In this document: positions 14,801-28,470 of the stretch, piece after piece | Layout of the letters: every line of letters starts with the position of its first letter | Position numbering within the stretch: position 1 is the stretch's first letter | Assembly (NCBI RefSeq): GCF_009914755.1 | Contig: NC_060943.1 | Length of the DNA stretch: 64,000 bases | Direction: 5' to 3' (one strand) | Origin: the human T2T-CHM13v2.0 reference genome, Homo sapiens | Program-made: the position numbers and the translations under genes | The notes under the pieces: generated by a model | What the model saw: the letters and a program-made list of their open reading frames with translations, nothing else | Told to the model about the DNA's origin: nothing | Database searches by the model: none

Positions 14801-15606
14801 GGACTCAACAAGTAGGTGATGCGACTCTTCTGCATGAGCCCTGAAGACAGGGGTATTATATGATACAATTTATTCATCACCTAGGAGATGTGACACATTT
14901 TTGTTGCCTGGGACCTGCCAAATAAGAAGATTGTGACATATCACTTGACCCAGCATCTAGGTGAGGTGATTTTTTTTTTTTTTTTGCCTGGTCCCCACAT
15001 GTTTTGGGTTTTGTGACATATTGCTGGGCCCAATACCTAGAAAATGGAAGGCTCCGCCTGGGGCCTGTCCACAGTGGATCTGGTGACATATCTCTGCATT
15101 AATCACCTAAGAGATGTGGCTGTCTTCTTCTCCCTGAACCCTGCTTACAGGGAAGATTGTGACATATTGCTGGCATCAGCAAACAGACGATGTGTCTCTC
15201 GTAATTGGGCCTTGCCCACAGAAAGCATTTTGACATATTGCTGGGCTTATTACTGAGGTGAGGTGACTCTGCAGCCTGCACCCTGCAGGGGTTGTAACGT
15301 ATTCCTGGCTGAGTACCCAGGTGATGTGACTCTTCTGCCTGGTCCCTTGTGTCAGGGAAGATTGTGACATATTCCTGGCCCAGAATACAGGTGATGTGAC
15401 TCTCCTGTTTGCTCCCTACCCACAGGTAAGACTGTGACATATATCTTGGTCCAACTAACAGTTGCAATAACGACTCTCATGCCACACATCAGCCAATAGA
15501 AAGGATACTGTCAGTTTTAGCTGGGATTAGAGAAAAGGGTAAGATCCCATGTCTCCTCTTTGTATGAAGGTTATAGAAAATTACCACTTTCTCATACATG
15601 GTGTAA

Positions 15607-16150
<544 letters not shown>

Positions 16151-19100
16151 AGGTGACTCATTTCTAAACCTAGTTCATAGGTAGGTGAGGATGCTCCTAT
16201 TTGGACCTAGCCAATTGGAGAGAAGTTGACCCAGACAAGAGCTTAGGGTAAAAATTATAAACATGGGTCCACACCAGCAGGGAGATCTCAGAGCATATTG
16301 AGACTCTCATGCATAAAGCCCTCTGGTGCTACAATGAGTTTCCTGACAAGGCACAGCACAGGTGAGATTTTGACTCTTGTATGCACATCCAGTTGACAAT
16401 AAAGATTGTCATACTGCCACGTGAACACGGCCAACTTTTGAGGTTCTGAACGTCACATTTGGAGGCAGTCGAAACTTGAAAAAGTGACTCTTATATGTGG
16501 ATCCAGTCCACAGGTAGGCTGGTGACTCTCCGTCCAAGATTCAGCACACCTGTGAGGCTGTGACTCTACTAAGGAGGCATAGTGCACAGAAGAAAGCGAG
16601 GTTCCCACGCACAGACCTAGTCCACCATTAAGATTGTGACTCATGTATTTAGACCCAACATAGAGGAGATGTTGACTCCCATACTTAGAATTGGGTCATG
16701 TGCAAGAATTTTAATTTTATCCCTATATCTTTCTGCATGTGAGATTGTGTGACATACACCTCTGTCCAGCAACTAAGTGATTTGACCCTTCTGCCTGAGC
16801 CCATCCCACAGATGGAATTTTGACATCTTGCTAAACCCAGTACCTTCATGATGGGACTCTAGTCCACTGCCTTGGCACCGCCCACAGACAGCACTGTGAC
16901 ATATCACTGTCACTAGGCCTTATATTCAGTTAATATGAGTCTACCCTTCTGTTTTGTCACTGTGCACAGAAGGCATTGTGACACCCAAGTTATGTGATTC
17001 TCCTGTCTGTACCCTGCCCACATGGCCCATTGTGATATATTACTGGGTCCAAAACTCAGATGATATAACTCTCCTGCCTGGTCCCTGCCTACAGGAGGCA
17101 TTGTGACATCTCTGCATCCATTACCTAGGTGATGTGACTCACTTCTGCCTGATCTCTGCTCACAGGGGATATTGTGACTCATCACTGGGCCCAGCATTGA
17201 GTTGATGTGACTCTTCTATTCTTTTTAGGTTCTGCCTGCAGGAAAGGTTGTGATGTGTCTCTGGACCCAACGGTAAGGTGATGTTACACTTTTGCCTTGG
17301 TTCTGACCTCAGAAAGCTTTCTGACATATTGCTGGGCTCAGCACCAAGATGATGTGAGTCTCTTGCCTGGACCCTGCCCACAGGGGGCATTGTGACATAT
17401 CTCTAAGTTCATGAACTATTTGATGTGACTCTTCTTGCTTACTTGGTCTTTGCCATTAGAAGAGATTATCACGTCTCTGATTCCAGTACCTAGGTGTTGT
17501 GACTCTCCTTGTTTGCCTGCGCTATGCCCACAGAAGGTAGAGTGAATTATCCCTAAGCCCAACACACAGGTGATGTGATTCTACTGCCTGGTCATTGCCC
17601 ACAGGGGTCACTGCAATGTATCTCTGGGCCCATTACCTAGATGGTGTAATTCTCCTTATTTTTCTGCTTCTGTCCCCAGTAGGGATGGTGACATATTCCT
17701 TCACCCAACATTTATGTGATGTGATTCTCCTCTCATGTCTGGACTCTGATCACTGTTGTAATTTTGACATAGGGCTGGGCTCATCTGTCTAGGTTATGTG
17801 ACAGGTTATGTGACTCTCTTCTTTCTTCCTAAGCCCTACCTACAGGGAGCATGGGTACATAGCTCTGGGCCCCTCACCTAAATGATGCAATCCTCATTCT
17901 TGGGCCCTTCACTCAGTGAGTACTGTGACATATTGATGGACTCAGCACCTAGGTGAGGTAACTCTCTTCTACTTCTTGGGCTCTGACCAAGGAGGTATTG
18001 TGACGTATCGCTGAGCCCAGCACATAGGTAATGTTACTCTTTTCTCCTGCCTGAGCTCAGCATAAATTGTGTATTGTGACATATGGCCTATCTTAACAAC
18101 TATGTGGTGCAACTCTTCTGCATGAGCCCTGCCCATAGGGGTATTATGCCATACCTTTTTGTTTATCACCTGGGTGATGTGACACATTTATTTTTCTGCC
18201 TGGGCTCTGCTAAAGAGGGTTATTATAACATATCTTTTGGCCCAGCACCTATGTGATGTGACTGTCCTTTCTCCCAGGCCCCAAATATTTGGTGTATTGT
18301 GAAATAACACTGGGTCCAACACCTAGAAAATAAGAGGCTCCTGCCTGGGCCCTGCCCAGTGGGCCTTGTGACATATATCTGCATACACTACCTAGGACAT
18401 GTGACTCTTCTTTTCTGCCTGCACCCTCCTAACAGAAAAGATTATGACACATCACTGGACCCCGCGACAAGGTGGTGAGGCTCTTTTGACTGAGTCTTGA
18501 ATACGTAGATCATTGTGACATATTGCTGAGCCCTCACAGAAGATTGTGACATATATCTGGCCCCAAACCAAGGTAATGTTACTCTCCTGCTTACTCCCAA
18601 TCCATGAGTGATTGTGACATATATCTTGGCCCAGCTCACAGGTGATGATGACTCTCATACCTTGAACTAGCCAATGAGAGAGATACTGTCTCTTATAGCA
18701 AGGCTCAGGGAAAAAGGTAAGATCCTGGGTGTCCTCTTTGTACAAAGGTCACAGAGGTTTACCACTCTCTTGCATGTTGTATAAAGCCCACAAGTGGTAC
18801 AGAGAGTGTCATCACAGGTCCAAGGACACAAGAAATACTGTATTTCTGGTATGCACACCCTGCCAATCCTTAAAATAGTCATCCTCACACATGGACACAA
18901 CCCACTGGTGAGATCCTGAATCTCACACGTAGACACAGTCTACAGATGGAATTGTGTCAGTCATATGTGAACATCTGGACACTTATGGGATAGTGACCCA
19001 TTTCTAAACCCAGCTCATAGGCACATGAGTACTCTTCTATTTAGACACAGCCAATTGGGGAGGTGTTGACTCTCATACCTGAGCTTAGACTGACACGTAC

Positions 19101-19163
19101 AATCATGGGCTCATATCAGCATGAAGGTCTTAATGCAGATTGCAATTCTCATGCATATCATAT

Positions 19164-19520
19164 TGTATTAGTTCATTTTCACACTGCTATAAAGAACTGC
19201 CCAAGACCAGGTAATTTAGGTAGAAAAGGGATTTAATTGACTCACAGTTCCACATAGCTGGGGAGACCTCAGGAAATTTATAATCATGGCAGAAGGAGAA
19301 TCAGGAACCTTCTTCACAAGGTGGCAGGAGGGAGAAAGTGAATAAAGAAGGAACTTCCAACACTTATAAAACCATCAGATCTCTGAGAACTCACTCACTA
19401 TCACAAAAACAGTATGGGGGAAACTGTCCCATGATCCAATGACCTGCCTGCTTTGACACATGGAGATTACAATTGTAGATGAGATTTGGGTGAGGACATA
19501 GAGCCAAACCATGTATCTCA
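19164..19520 (-). mobile_element. MaLR solo LTR (MSTA/THE1D-like) inserted in beta satellite
   Basis: tgtattagttcattttcacactgctataaagaactgccc...gagatttgggtgaggacatagagccaaaccat is the typical MST/THE1 LTR in antisense. Confidence 0.9.
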
Positions 19521-21442
19521 TAAATTCTTTGGGTGGTACAGAGAGTGTACTAACAGAGCCCAGCTCAAAGGTGAGATTGTAATACTAGTAAGCAGACACA
19601 GTCAAGAGTAAAGATTGTTGTCCTCTCACATGAGCATGGCCCACTGTTGAGGATTTGAATCTTATATCTAGAGGCAGTCAAAAGTTGCAATGTTGACTCT
19701 CATACATGGATTTTTGTTATGCATGGATTTGTTGACCTTCAAACCATAATTTAGCACACGTGTCAGGCTGCGACTTATCTAAGGGGACACAATGCCCAGA
19801 AAACATTGAGAAGCTGCTGCACAGATCCAGTTCACAGTTGAGATTGTGACTCATGTACTTCACACAACATACAAGACATGTTGACTCTCATACCTAGAAC
19901 CAGAACATGTGAGGGATTGATAATCTCATCTGTGGATTTTTTGAAGGTGTGATTGTGACATACGCCTCAGCCAAACACCTGATTTGACTCTCCTGCCTGG
20001 GCTTCGTTCACAAGTAGAATGGTGATATACTGCTGGACCCAGAACCTAGGCGAGATGACTCTATTCTCAAGCCTTGGTGCCTCTTACAGGAGGCATTGTG
20101 GCATATCGCTGGGACTTGCACTCAGGTGACGTAAGTTTTCTCTCCTACCTTGGTGCTGCACAGAAGGGACATTGTGACACATCACTCATTCTAACACTTA
20201 GGCGATGTGACTCTTCTGCCTGGGCCCAGCCTAAAAAGGGGATTGTGATATCTCCCTGCACTCCTCACCCAGGTAATGTACTCTCATCTCTTGCTTGGAG
20301 GGATGGTGACATATCCCTGGGCTCAGCACCTAGCTCATGTGACACTTCTCTTCTTCCTAGGTTCTGCCCACAGGGGAGATTGTTACATATATCCTGGGCC
20401 CAGCTCCAAGATGTTACTCATTTGCCTTGGCCCTGTCTTCAGAAGGTATTGTGACCTATTGCTGGGCCCAGGACCAAGGTGATGTGACTTTCTTGCCTTG
20501 ACTCTGTCAAAAAGGGGGCATCTGTGGGTCCATAAATATTTGATGTATCTTTCTTTTCTTACCAGGGTCTTGCTTATAGAAGAGATTGTTACATATCTCT
20601 GTTCCCAGCATCTAAGTGATGTAACTCTCCTCACCCGCCTGGGCCACGTCCATAGATGAAATAGTGGCTTATCCCTGGGCCCAGAACACAGGCAATCTGA
20701 TTTATTTCTCCTCATCTCTTTCTACAGGGGGCATTGAGAAGTATCTCTTAGCCCATCAACTATTTGATGTGTATCTCTTCTCTTACCTGGGCTTTGCCCA
20801 TAGGGGATGTTGTAACATATGGCCCAGCATGTAGGAGATGACACTCTCCTCTGATTGTTACATATTGCTTTGCTCACCACCTACTTGATGTGACTCTCCT
20901 CTCATGCATCGTCCCTGCCCCTTGGGGGTGATTGTGACATATAGCTGGCTGTAGCCCCTAGGTTACGTAACTTTCCTCTTCTTCCTGAGCCCTACCCACA
21001 GAAGGCATTGTGCCATATCTCTGGGGCTCTCAAACCTAGGTGATGTGGCGCTCCTGCTTTGGTCTTCCTCTCAGAAAGTATTGTGATGTATTGCTGGACC
21101 TAGAACCTAGGTGATATGGCTCTCCTCTACTGTTTGGTCTCTGACCAAAAAGGGATTGTGATGTATCACTAGGCCCAGCACCTAACTGTTGTGGCTCTCT
21201 ACTTTCTCCTAGGCACTGCATACATTGCCTATGGTGACATATGTCTGGATCCAAAACCAAAACAATGCAACTGTTTTGCATTGGCAACGTCCACAGGTGT
21301 ATTACCACATATCTTTTCCTTTAGCTCTGAAATTGAGCTCTGAAATAATCTGGATTTTTTATCTGTGTGTCTCTCCTGTTGAGTTTGAACTTTAATCCAA
21401 AAGCCATGAAAAGAGTCATAATTACTGTCACAAAGTGATAAC

Positions 21443-24400
21443 TTTTTTCTCCTCCTCCTCCTTTTTCCTCCTTTCCATCTCCTCCATTCCTTTTCGTCTT
21501 CTCCTCCTCACTTTTCTCCTCCTCTCCTCATCTCTTCTTCCTCCCCATTCATGTTCTCCTGCTCCTTTTTCTTTCTCCCCTCTTCTTCCTCACCTCCTCC
21601 TCCACTTCTCCCCCACCTCCTCCTCCACTTCTCCCCCACCTCCTCCTCCACTTCTCCCCCACCTCCTCCTCCACTTCTCCCCCACCTCCTCCTCCACTTC
21701 TCCCCTTTCTTCCTCCTCCTCTCCTTTTCTTCCTCTCATCTTTCTCCCCTCCTCCTTTCTGCTCTCCTTCTCTCCTCTTTCTCCTTTCCTCCCTCTCCTC
21801 CTTCTCTTCCTCTTCTCCTCCTCTACCCTCTTCCTCCTCTCTTCTCTTCCTCTCCATTTTCTCTTCCTTTCCCTCTCCTCCTCCTCTGCCTTCTCTTCTT
21901 TCCTCTTATTTTTATCCTCCTCCTCTCATTCTCCTCCTCCTCCACTCCTTTTTCTCCTATTTCTCCTCTCCTCCTCCTCTCTTCCTCTCCTTTTCCTCCT
22001 CTTCCTCTCCTTTTTCTCCTCCTCTCCCCAGCTCCTCTACTTTTCTCCTCCTCCTTCTCCTCTCCTCCTCCTACTCCTTTTCTCCTCCTTTTCCTCTCCT
22101 CCTCCTCCCTCCTTCTCCTTTCCTCCTATTACTCCTTCTCCTGTCTATTCCTCCTCTCCTCCTCCTTCCCGAAACCTCTCCTCCTCCGTCTCCACTCCTC
22201 CTACTCATCTTTTACTCATTCTCTCCTTCTTCTCTCCTCCTCCTCTCATTTTCCTCCTTCTTCTCCTGTCCTCTTCCTTCTCTCCCCTTTCTCTTTTTAC
22301 TTCTCCTCTCCTCATTCTTTTCTCCTCCTCCTTCTTCTTCCTCTTCTCCTTACTCCTCCTCCTCCTCTCCTCCTTCCTCCTCCTCCTCCTCTCCTCTTGC
22401 TCCTCCACTCCTTTTTTCATTATTCCTCCTTCTACTCCTTCTTCTACTCTCCTCCTTCTCGTCTCTTCCTTTTTCCTCCTCTTCCTCTCCTCCTTCTCCT
22501 CAACTCCTCCTCCTTCTCTCCTCCTCCTCCTTCCGCTCTCCCCTTTTCTTTCCTTCTTGTTCTTTTAATCTCCTCCTTCTCCTCTCCTCTTTATTCTCTC
22601 CCCCTCCTTCGCCTCTTCTCTTCTTCCATCTTTTTCTTTCTCTTCTTCTCCTCTCCTTTCTTCTGTCCTTTCTCATTTTTTCCTCCTTTCCTTCTCCTCT
22701 CCTCCTCTGCCTTCTCCTCTCCTCCTTCACTTCTTCTCCTTTTACTCCTCTTCCTCTTCTTCTCCTCTCCTTTTTCTTTCTCCTGTTCCTCCTTCTCCTC
22801 TCTTCTCTTTCTGCTTTTTTCTCCTCTCCCTCTCCTCCACCTTCTCCTCTCTTCCTCCTCCTAATCCTTTCTTCTCCTCCTTCTTCTTTCCTCCTTCTCT
22901 TTCCTCCTTGTCTTCTCCTCCTCCCCTCGTCCTCACCCTCTCTTCTCCTCCTCTTCCTCTCCTCTTCCTCTCATCTCTTCTTCCTCCTCCACTCCTTTTC
23001 TCCTCTCCTCTCCTTTTCCTCCTCTTCCTCCTCCTCCATCTCTTCTTCTCCTCACCTCTTCCTCCTCTTCTCCTCCTCCACTCCATTTTTCCTCTTCTCC
23101 TCCTTTTCCTCTCCTCCTCTCTTCCTAGTCCTCCCCCTTTTCCTCCTCCCTTTCTCCTCCCTTTTTCCTCCCCCTCCTCCTATCCTTCTCCTCCTCCACT
23201 CCTCCTTCTTCTATTTCTCCTCCTCCACTCAGCCTCTCAATTTCCTCCTTCTCTCCTCCTACTTTTCTTTTTCTCCTCTCCTCATCTCCTTCTCCTCCTT
23301 CTTTTCCTCTTCTCCTTTTACTCTCCTCCTCTGCTCCTCCTTCTCCTCTCCTCTTCTCCTCCTTCTCTGCCTCATTCTCCTCTCCTCCTCCTCCACCTCT
23401 CCTACTAATCTTTTACTCTTCCCCCTCTCCTCCTCCTCCCCTCTCCTACTACTAATCTTTTACTCTTCCCCCTCTCCTCCTTTTCCTCTTTATAATTTTC
23501 CTCCTCCTCCTCTCCTCCATTTTCTCCTCTCCTTTTGTCCTCATCTGCTCCTTCTCCTTTCCTTTTTTCCTCTTCTCCTCATTCTGCTCTCCTCCTTTTC
23601 CTCCTAAACATCTTCTCCTCCTCCTATTCATCTTTTACTCCTCCTCCTCTCCTCCTTCTCATTTTCCTCCTCCTCCTTTTATCCTCTTCCTTCTTCTCTC
23701 CTCTTCACTTCTCTCCTCCTCCTCCTCTCCTTCCCTTTTTCCTCTCCTCCGCCTATCCTCCTCTTTTGTTCTTTTTCTACTCTCGTTTCCTCTTCCTCAT
23801 CCACTCCTCCTCCTTCTCTCCTTTTCTCCTCTTGCTTCTACTCTCCTTTTATCCTTCCTTTCTCCTCCTCCTGTCCTGCTCCTTCTCCTCTCTTTTTCTC
23901 TTCTCCTCCTCCTTCCCCTCTACTTCTCCTTTCTTCCTTCTCTTCTCCTCATTCTCCTCTCCTTGTCCTCCACCACTTCTTCTACTCCTACTGATCTTTT
24001 ACTCCTACTCATCTCCATCTTCTCTCCTTTCCTTTTTTCTTTTCTTCTCTCCTCTTCCTTTCTCCTTTTCCTCTCCTCCTCTTCCTTCTCCTCTTTCTTC
24101 TTTCCCTCTTCTCCTCCTCCTTCCCTACTCCTCCTCCTTCCCCTCTTCTCCGGCTTCTCCTTCCTCCTCCTTTCTCGTCTCCTCCTCACCTCTTCCTCCT
24201 TCATTCCTCCTGTCTTCTCTTCTCCTCCTTCACTGCTATTTTCCTCTCCTCCTCCTTGTTCTCTCCTTCTTTTTCTCTCTTCTTCCTCCTCTGCTCCTTC
24301 TCCTCTCCTTCTCCACTCTTTATTCCTTTCTACTCCTCTTCCTCCCTCTTTTCCTCCTTCTCCTCTTCCTTCTCTTCTCCTCTTCCTTCTACTCCTTATT

Positions 24401-26222
24401 CTACTCTCCTCCTTCTCCACTCCTTTTTCTTCCTTCTCTTTTTTAGTAATTCTACATTCCTCTTTTTCTTCTCCTCACCTTTCTCTGCTCTCCTCCTACT
24501 CCTTCTTCTCCTCTCCTCCACTTTTACTCCTTTTTTCCTCCTGCACCTTCTCCTCTCCTCCTCCCCTTTTTCTTATTTTCCCCTCCTTCTTCTCTCCTCC
24601 TCCTTTTCCATTTCTCCTCTCCTGTCCTCCTCTTCCTCCTCTCTTGTCCTTCTCCTCTTTTCCTCTTCCTCCTTCTCCTCTCCTCCTCCGCCTCGTTTTT
24701 CTCTTCTCCTACTCATTTTTCCTCCACCTCCTTTTCTTCTTCTCCTCCTCCTCTCCTCTTGCTCCTTCTCATTCTTCCTTTTCTTTTCCCTTCCTCCTCC
24801 TCTCCTTTTTACTCCCCTCCACCACCTCTCCTCTTCCATCTCTCCTCCTCCTTTTCCTCTTTTTCTCCTCGTCCTTTCTCCTTTTTGTTTCCTCCTCCTT
24901 TCCTCATCCTCCCGTTTTTTTCTTTTCTTCCTCCTCCCCTCCCCTTGTCTCCTTTTCCTCTCCTCCTTTTCAGTTCTTCCTCCTTTTCCTTCGCCTCTCC
25001 TCCTCTCCACCTTTTTCTCTTCCTCCTTCTCCTATCCACATTCTCCTCTTCCTCTTACTTTTCCTTTCTCTCCTTCTTCTCCTCTCCTTTCTCCTCTCCT
25101 CCTGTTCCTTTTCTTCTTTCTTCTCTCCTCCTCCCCTCCTTCTCTTCCTCATCTTCCTTTTCTCCATCTTCTCCTCGTCCTCCTCCTCCTCTCCCCCTCC
25201 TTTCCTCCTCTTCCCTTCCTCTTCCTCCTACTCTCTTCCCCCTCCTTTTCTTTGTTCCTACTTTCCTCCTTCTCCCCATTCTTTTCCTTTTTTCTCCTCT
25301 ACTTCTCTGTCCTCTTCTCCTCCGTCTTCTTCCTATCATCCTCCTTTTCCTTTCTTCTCCTCTACTCTTCTCCTCCTTTTCCTTTTTCTCTCCTCTTCCT
25401 TTTTCCTTTTCCTCTTCTCTTCCTCCCATCCTCCTTTTCCTTCTTTTCCTCCTCCTTTTCTCTTCTCCTTTCTCCTCCTCCTTCTCTTCTCCTCTCCTCC
25501 TCCTTTCCTCTTCTCTCCTCCTCCTCTACTTCTCCTTCTTTATCCTCTCCTCCTTCTTTTCTTCTACGCCTTCTCCTCATTCTCCTCTCCTCTTTTTCTC
25601 ATTCTTTTCGTCTCCTCCTTCTCTTTCTTCTTCCTCCTTCTCCTCTTTTTCTACTCCTCCTACTTTTCCTTTTTCTTTTCTCCCATCCTTTTCCTCCTCC
25701 TATTCTTCTCCTCTTCGTTTCCTATTTTTTCTCCTCCTCTCCTCTTTCTCCACTCCTTTCTTTTCTCCTCCTCCTTCTCTTCTCCTTTCCTCCTCCTCTC
25801 CTTCACCTCTTCATCTCCTCCTCCTTCTTCTGCTCCCGATTCTCCTCCTCTCCTTTCTCTTCGTCTTCTCCTCTTCCTTGTCCCCTCCTCCTCCTTGTCC
25901 ATCTCCTCTACTCCTCCTTCTCCTCCTCCTCCTTCTCTTCCTTTCCTCCTTTCCTCTTTTTCTCATCCTCTCCTCCTCCTCTCGTCCTCTTCTCTTTTCC
26001 TCATTCTTTTCTTCTTCTCCTCCTTTTTTCTCCCTACTTCCTCCTAGCTTCCCTTTTCTCCTCTCCTCTCCTGGTCCTGTTGTCCCCCTCTCCTTTTTTT
26101 CTCCACTTCCTCTCTTCTTACTATCTTCTTCTCATTTTCTCTTCTAGTTCTTCTCTTTCCTCCTCCTTTTCTTCTCTTCTCCTCCTCCTCTTTCTTCACT
26201 CCTCCACTCCTACTCCTTCTCT
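21443..26222. repeat. ~4.8-kb polypyrimidine/polypurine low-complexity tract (CTC/CTT/TCC-rich)
   Basis: Almost only C and T on the + strand for ~4.8 kb, with sparse A and G. Confidence 0.97.
21591..21705. repeat. Perfect 23-bp minisatellite x5 (CACCTCCTCCTCCACTTCTCCCC)
   Basis: First A of each unit at 21592, 21615, 21638, 21661, 21684. Confidence 0.92.
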
Positions 26223-26361
26223 TACTGTGCCACTGGCCATGCCAAACAGCACCCAGCACAAGTAGTGGCACCCTCTTCAGCGCTGCGCTAGAAAGAACTG
26301 ATGTGCATTTATATTAGCTTTTGGAGGATAGTACTAATCCGGCCTAACTCAGGCGGCCAAG

Positions 26362-26652
26362 TATATATATATATATACGTATATACATATGTATGTATAT
26401 ACGTATGTATACATATATATATACACATATATATTTATAGATATATTCTATGAGAAATAATCTTGCTCTGTCACCTAGGCTGCAGTGCAGTGGCACAAGA
26501 TTATGACTCACTGTAGCCTCAAGAGATCCTCTCACCTCACCCTCCCGAGTAGCTGGGACTACAGGCGTGGCCCATCACACCTGACTAAATTCTTTTTTAG
26601 TGACGGGGTCTCAACACGTTGCCTAGTCTGGTCTGAAACTTCTGGGCGCAAG
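26362..26652 (-). mobile_element. Degenerate, truncated AluJ-like element with a (TA)n-converted tail
   Basis: (TA)n at 26362-26447, then tcttgctctgtcacctaggctgcagtgcagtggc...gagtagctgggactacaggcg. Confidence 0.8.
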
Positions 26653-27519
26653 CTCTCTAATGTTTTTGCATTCATAGTCTCCCTTATTTTAATTTCTCAA
26701 GTTTTTGCAAAATTGTTACATAACTATCCGCCCTTTTCATAGAGCGCTGTTTCTTGAGCCAGGTCTTCTGTCCATGCATGTCCTCTTGAGAGAGTGGATG
26801 TCAGCCAGCTACCCTGGCTGAGAGGGATGGGGATAATACAGGGATGCAATAAAGGAGACAGTGATAATTTATATGATCTGGGACCCCAGGCCTCACACCA
26901 GAACTGTCTAGTATACTTTTAGCAAACAAGTGCCACTGATCTGAGCCTTGTTCTGCCCTTCCACTTTCCACTTTATTACACAAGCAGGAGATAGGCAAGG
27001 GAGAAGGCAGGATGATGAGGAGACTAAATTCCAGAAAAGAAAGGGCTGCGTGCAGTAAGCAGACAGTTGCCCCCAAAGTGGTCTGGGCTCCCACTTACCT
27101 TAGAGACATGTGCAACACTTGTGAATAGTTGTTTTACAATTCTTAAATCAGTGGACAGACTGTAAGCATCCCATTGGTGTCAGTTGCCAGGTGCCCAATG
27201 CCTGTTCTCTGCAGCAACCTTTGTGGTCCCATACCTGGGCGTGAGTTCTGTTCCTGCAGAGTGCCCTGTGCATTCTGGTGCTTTTGTGCCCTCTCCTCTA
27301 ACCTATAAACTGACAACTCTAACTCTATATTTTCACTTACAATTTTTCTGAAGCAGTGATCTTTTGTCATCTTGATCACACTACAAGTCGCTCACCCTGC
27401 AAGTACTTGTAAAAATGAAAGTAATCTCCATTCCTTCTGGAAGGTGATTGCCATGTACACAACCTACTAGGCCAGGAACATTACTGATGGCTGTCCTGAT
27501 GCATGTCTCTCTCACCCCC

Positions 27520-28160
27520 ATGTCCAATCAGTCACCAGGCTCTCCCCAAAACCATGCTCCGGTCACTGACTTTGGCTGTTTAATCACTTCTGACCTAAGG
27601 TCCTCATTGAGTCATAAGTACCTCTTGAGTTAATTTTCTGCCTCCAGTTTCTCTCTACTGCTGTTTATCTTCCACCCTGCTGCCAGAGTCATCATCCTCA
27701 AAAATGAAAGCTGCTCTCATTGTTTGCCTGCCTAATAACATCTCTTCCCTCCCTGTTGTCTACAAAAAGAAAAATCCAAACTCCTTCACTTGTTTTACAA
27801 AGACCCTCATCTGCTTCCAAACCAAATTGCTAGTCTTGGCTCTTGTCTCTGTCTTCCACATCACTGCCACACTGAATAATTCTTTACTGCCTCTGTTGTT
27901 GCACGGGTTGTTCTTTTTGTTTTGTCTCCATCCCCTTCCCCCAGCAAAGAATATTTACTCTTTACTCTTCTGTTGAGACCCATCTCAAATACTACCTTTT
28001 CTAGGGAAAATTAGGCCTTCTGTTCCTAATAACTTTTACCCCCATCTATCAAGTCTGTCTGCTGTAATTTATCTGTTAACATGTTTCTCCCACCTCAAGA
28101 ATATTTTTTCCATCTTCTGTACCTAGCACAATTGCATGGTTGGTGCTCACTGACTACTAC
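27520..28160 (+). mobile_element. LINE-2 3' fragment
   Basis: ctgctgccagagtcatcatcctcaaaatg...ccaaactccttcac...tgtacctagcaca...ggtgctca are typical L2 3' motifs; boundaries approximate. Confidence 0.6.
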
Positions 28161-28169
28161 ATGTTGATT

Positions 28170-28470
28170 TATTTATTTTACTTGTTTGAGAGGTGGAGTC
28201 TTGCTCTGTTATCCAGGCTGGTGTGCAGTGATACAATCTTGGCTCACTGCAGGCTCTGCCTCCCGGTTTCAAGCAATTCTCCTGCCTCAGCCTCCCAAGT
28301 AGCTCCGATTACAGGCACCCACCACCACGTCCAGCTAATTTTTGTATTTTCAGTAGAGACAGGTTTCACCACATTGGTCAGGCTGGTTTTGAACTCCTGA
28401 CCTCAGGTGAGCTGCCTGCCTTGGCCTGGCAAAATGCTGGGATTACAGGCATAAGACACCATGCCTGGAC
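28170..28470 (-). mobile_element. AluS
   Basis: Full antisense Alu; imperfect TSD catgttgattt/catgctgattt. Confidence 0.95.

Noticed and set aside
21435-26265. Long ORFs (up to 694 aa, S/P/L/F-rich or E/R/K/G-rich) across the CT tract
   Set aside because: Stop codons are nearly impossible in pyrimidine-only or purine-only sequence; the ORFs overlap in all frames, have non-ATG starts in several cases and show no domain.
26227-26271. 8-bp inverted repeat GTGCCACT/AGTGGCAC
   Set aside because: Too short, with a 29-nt loop; compatible with chance.
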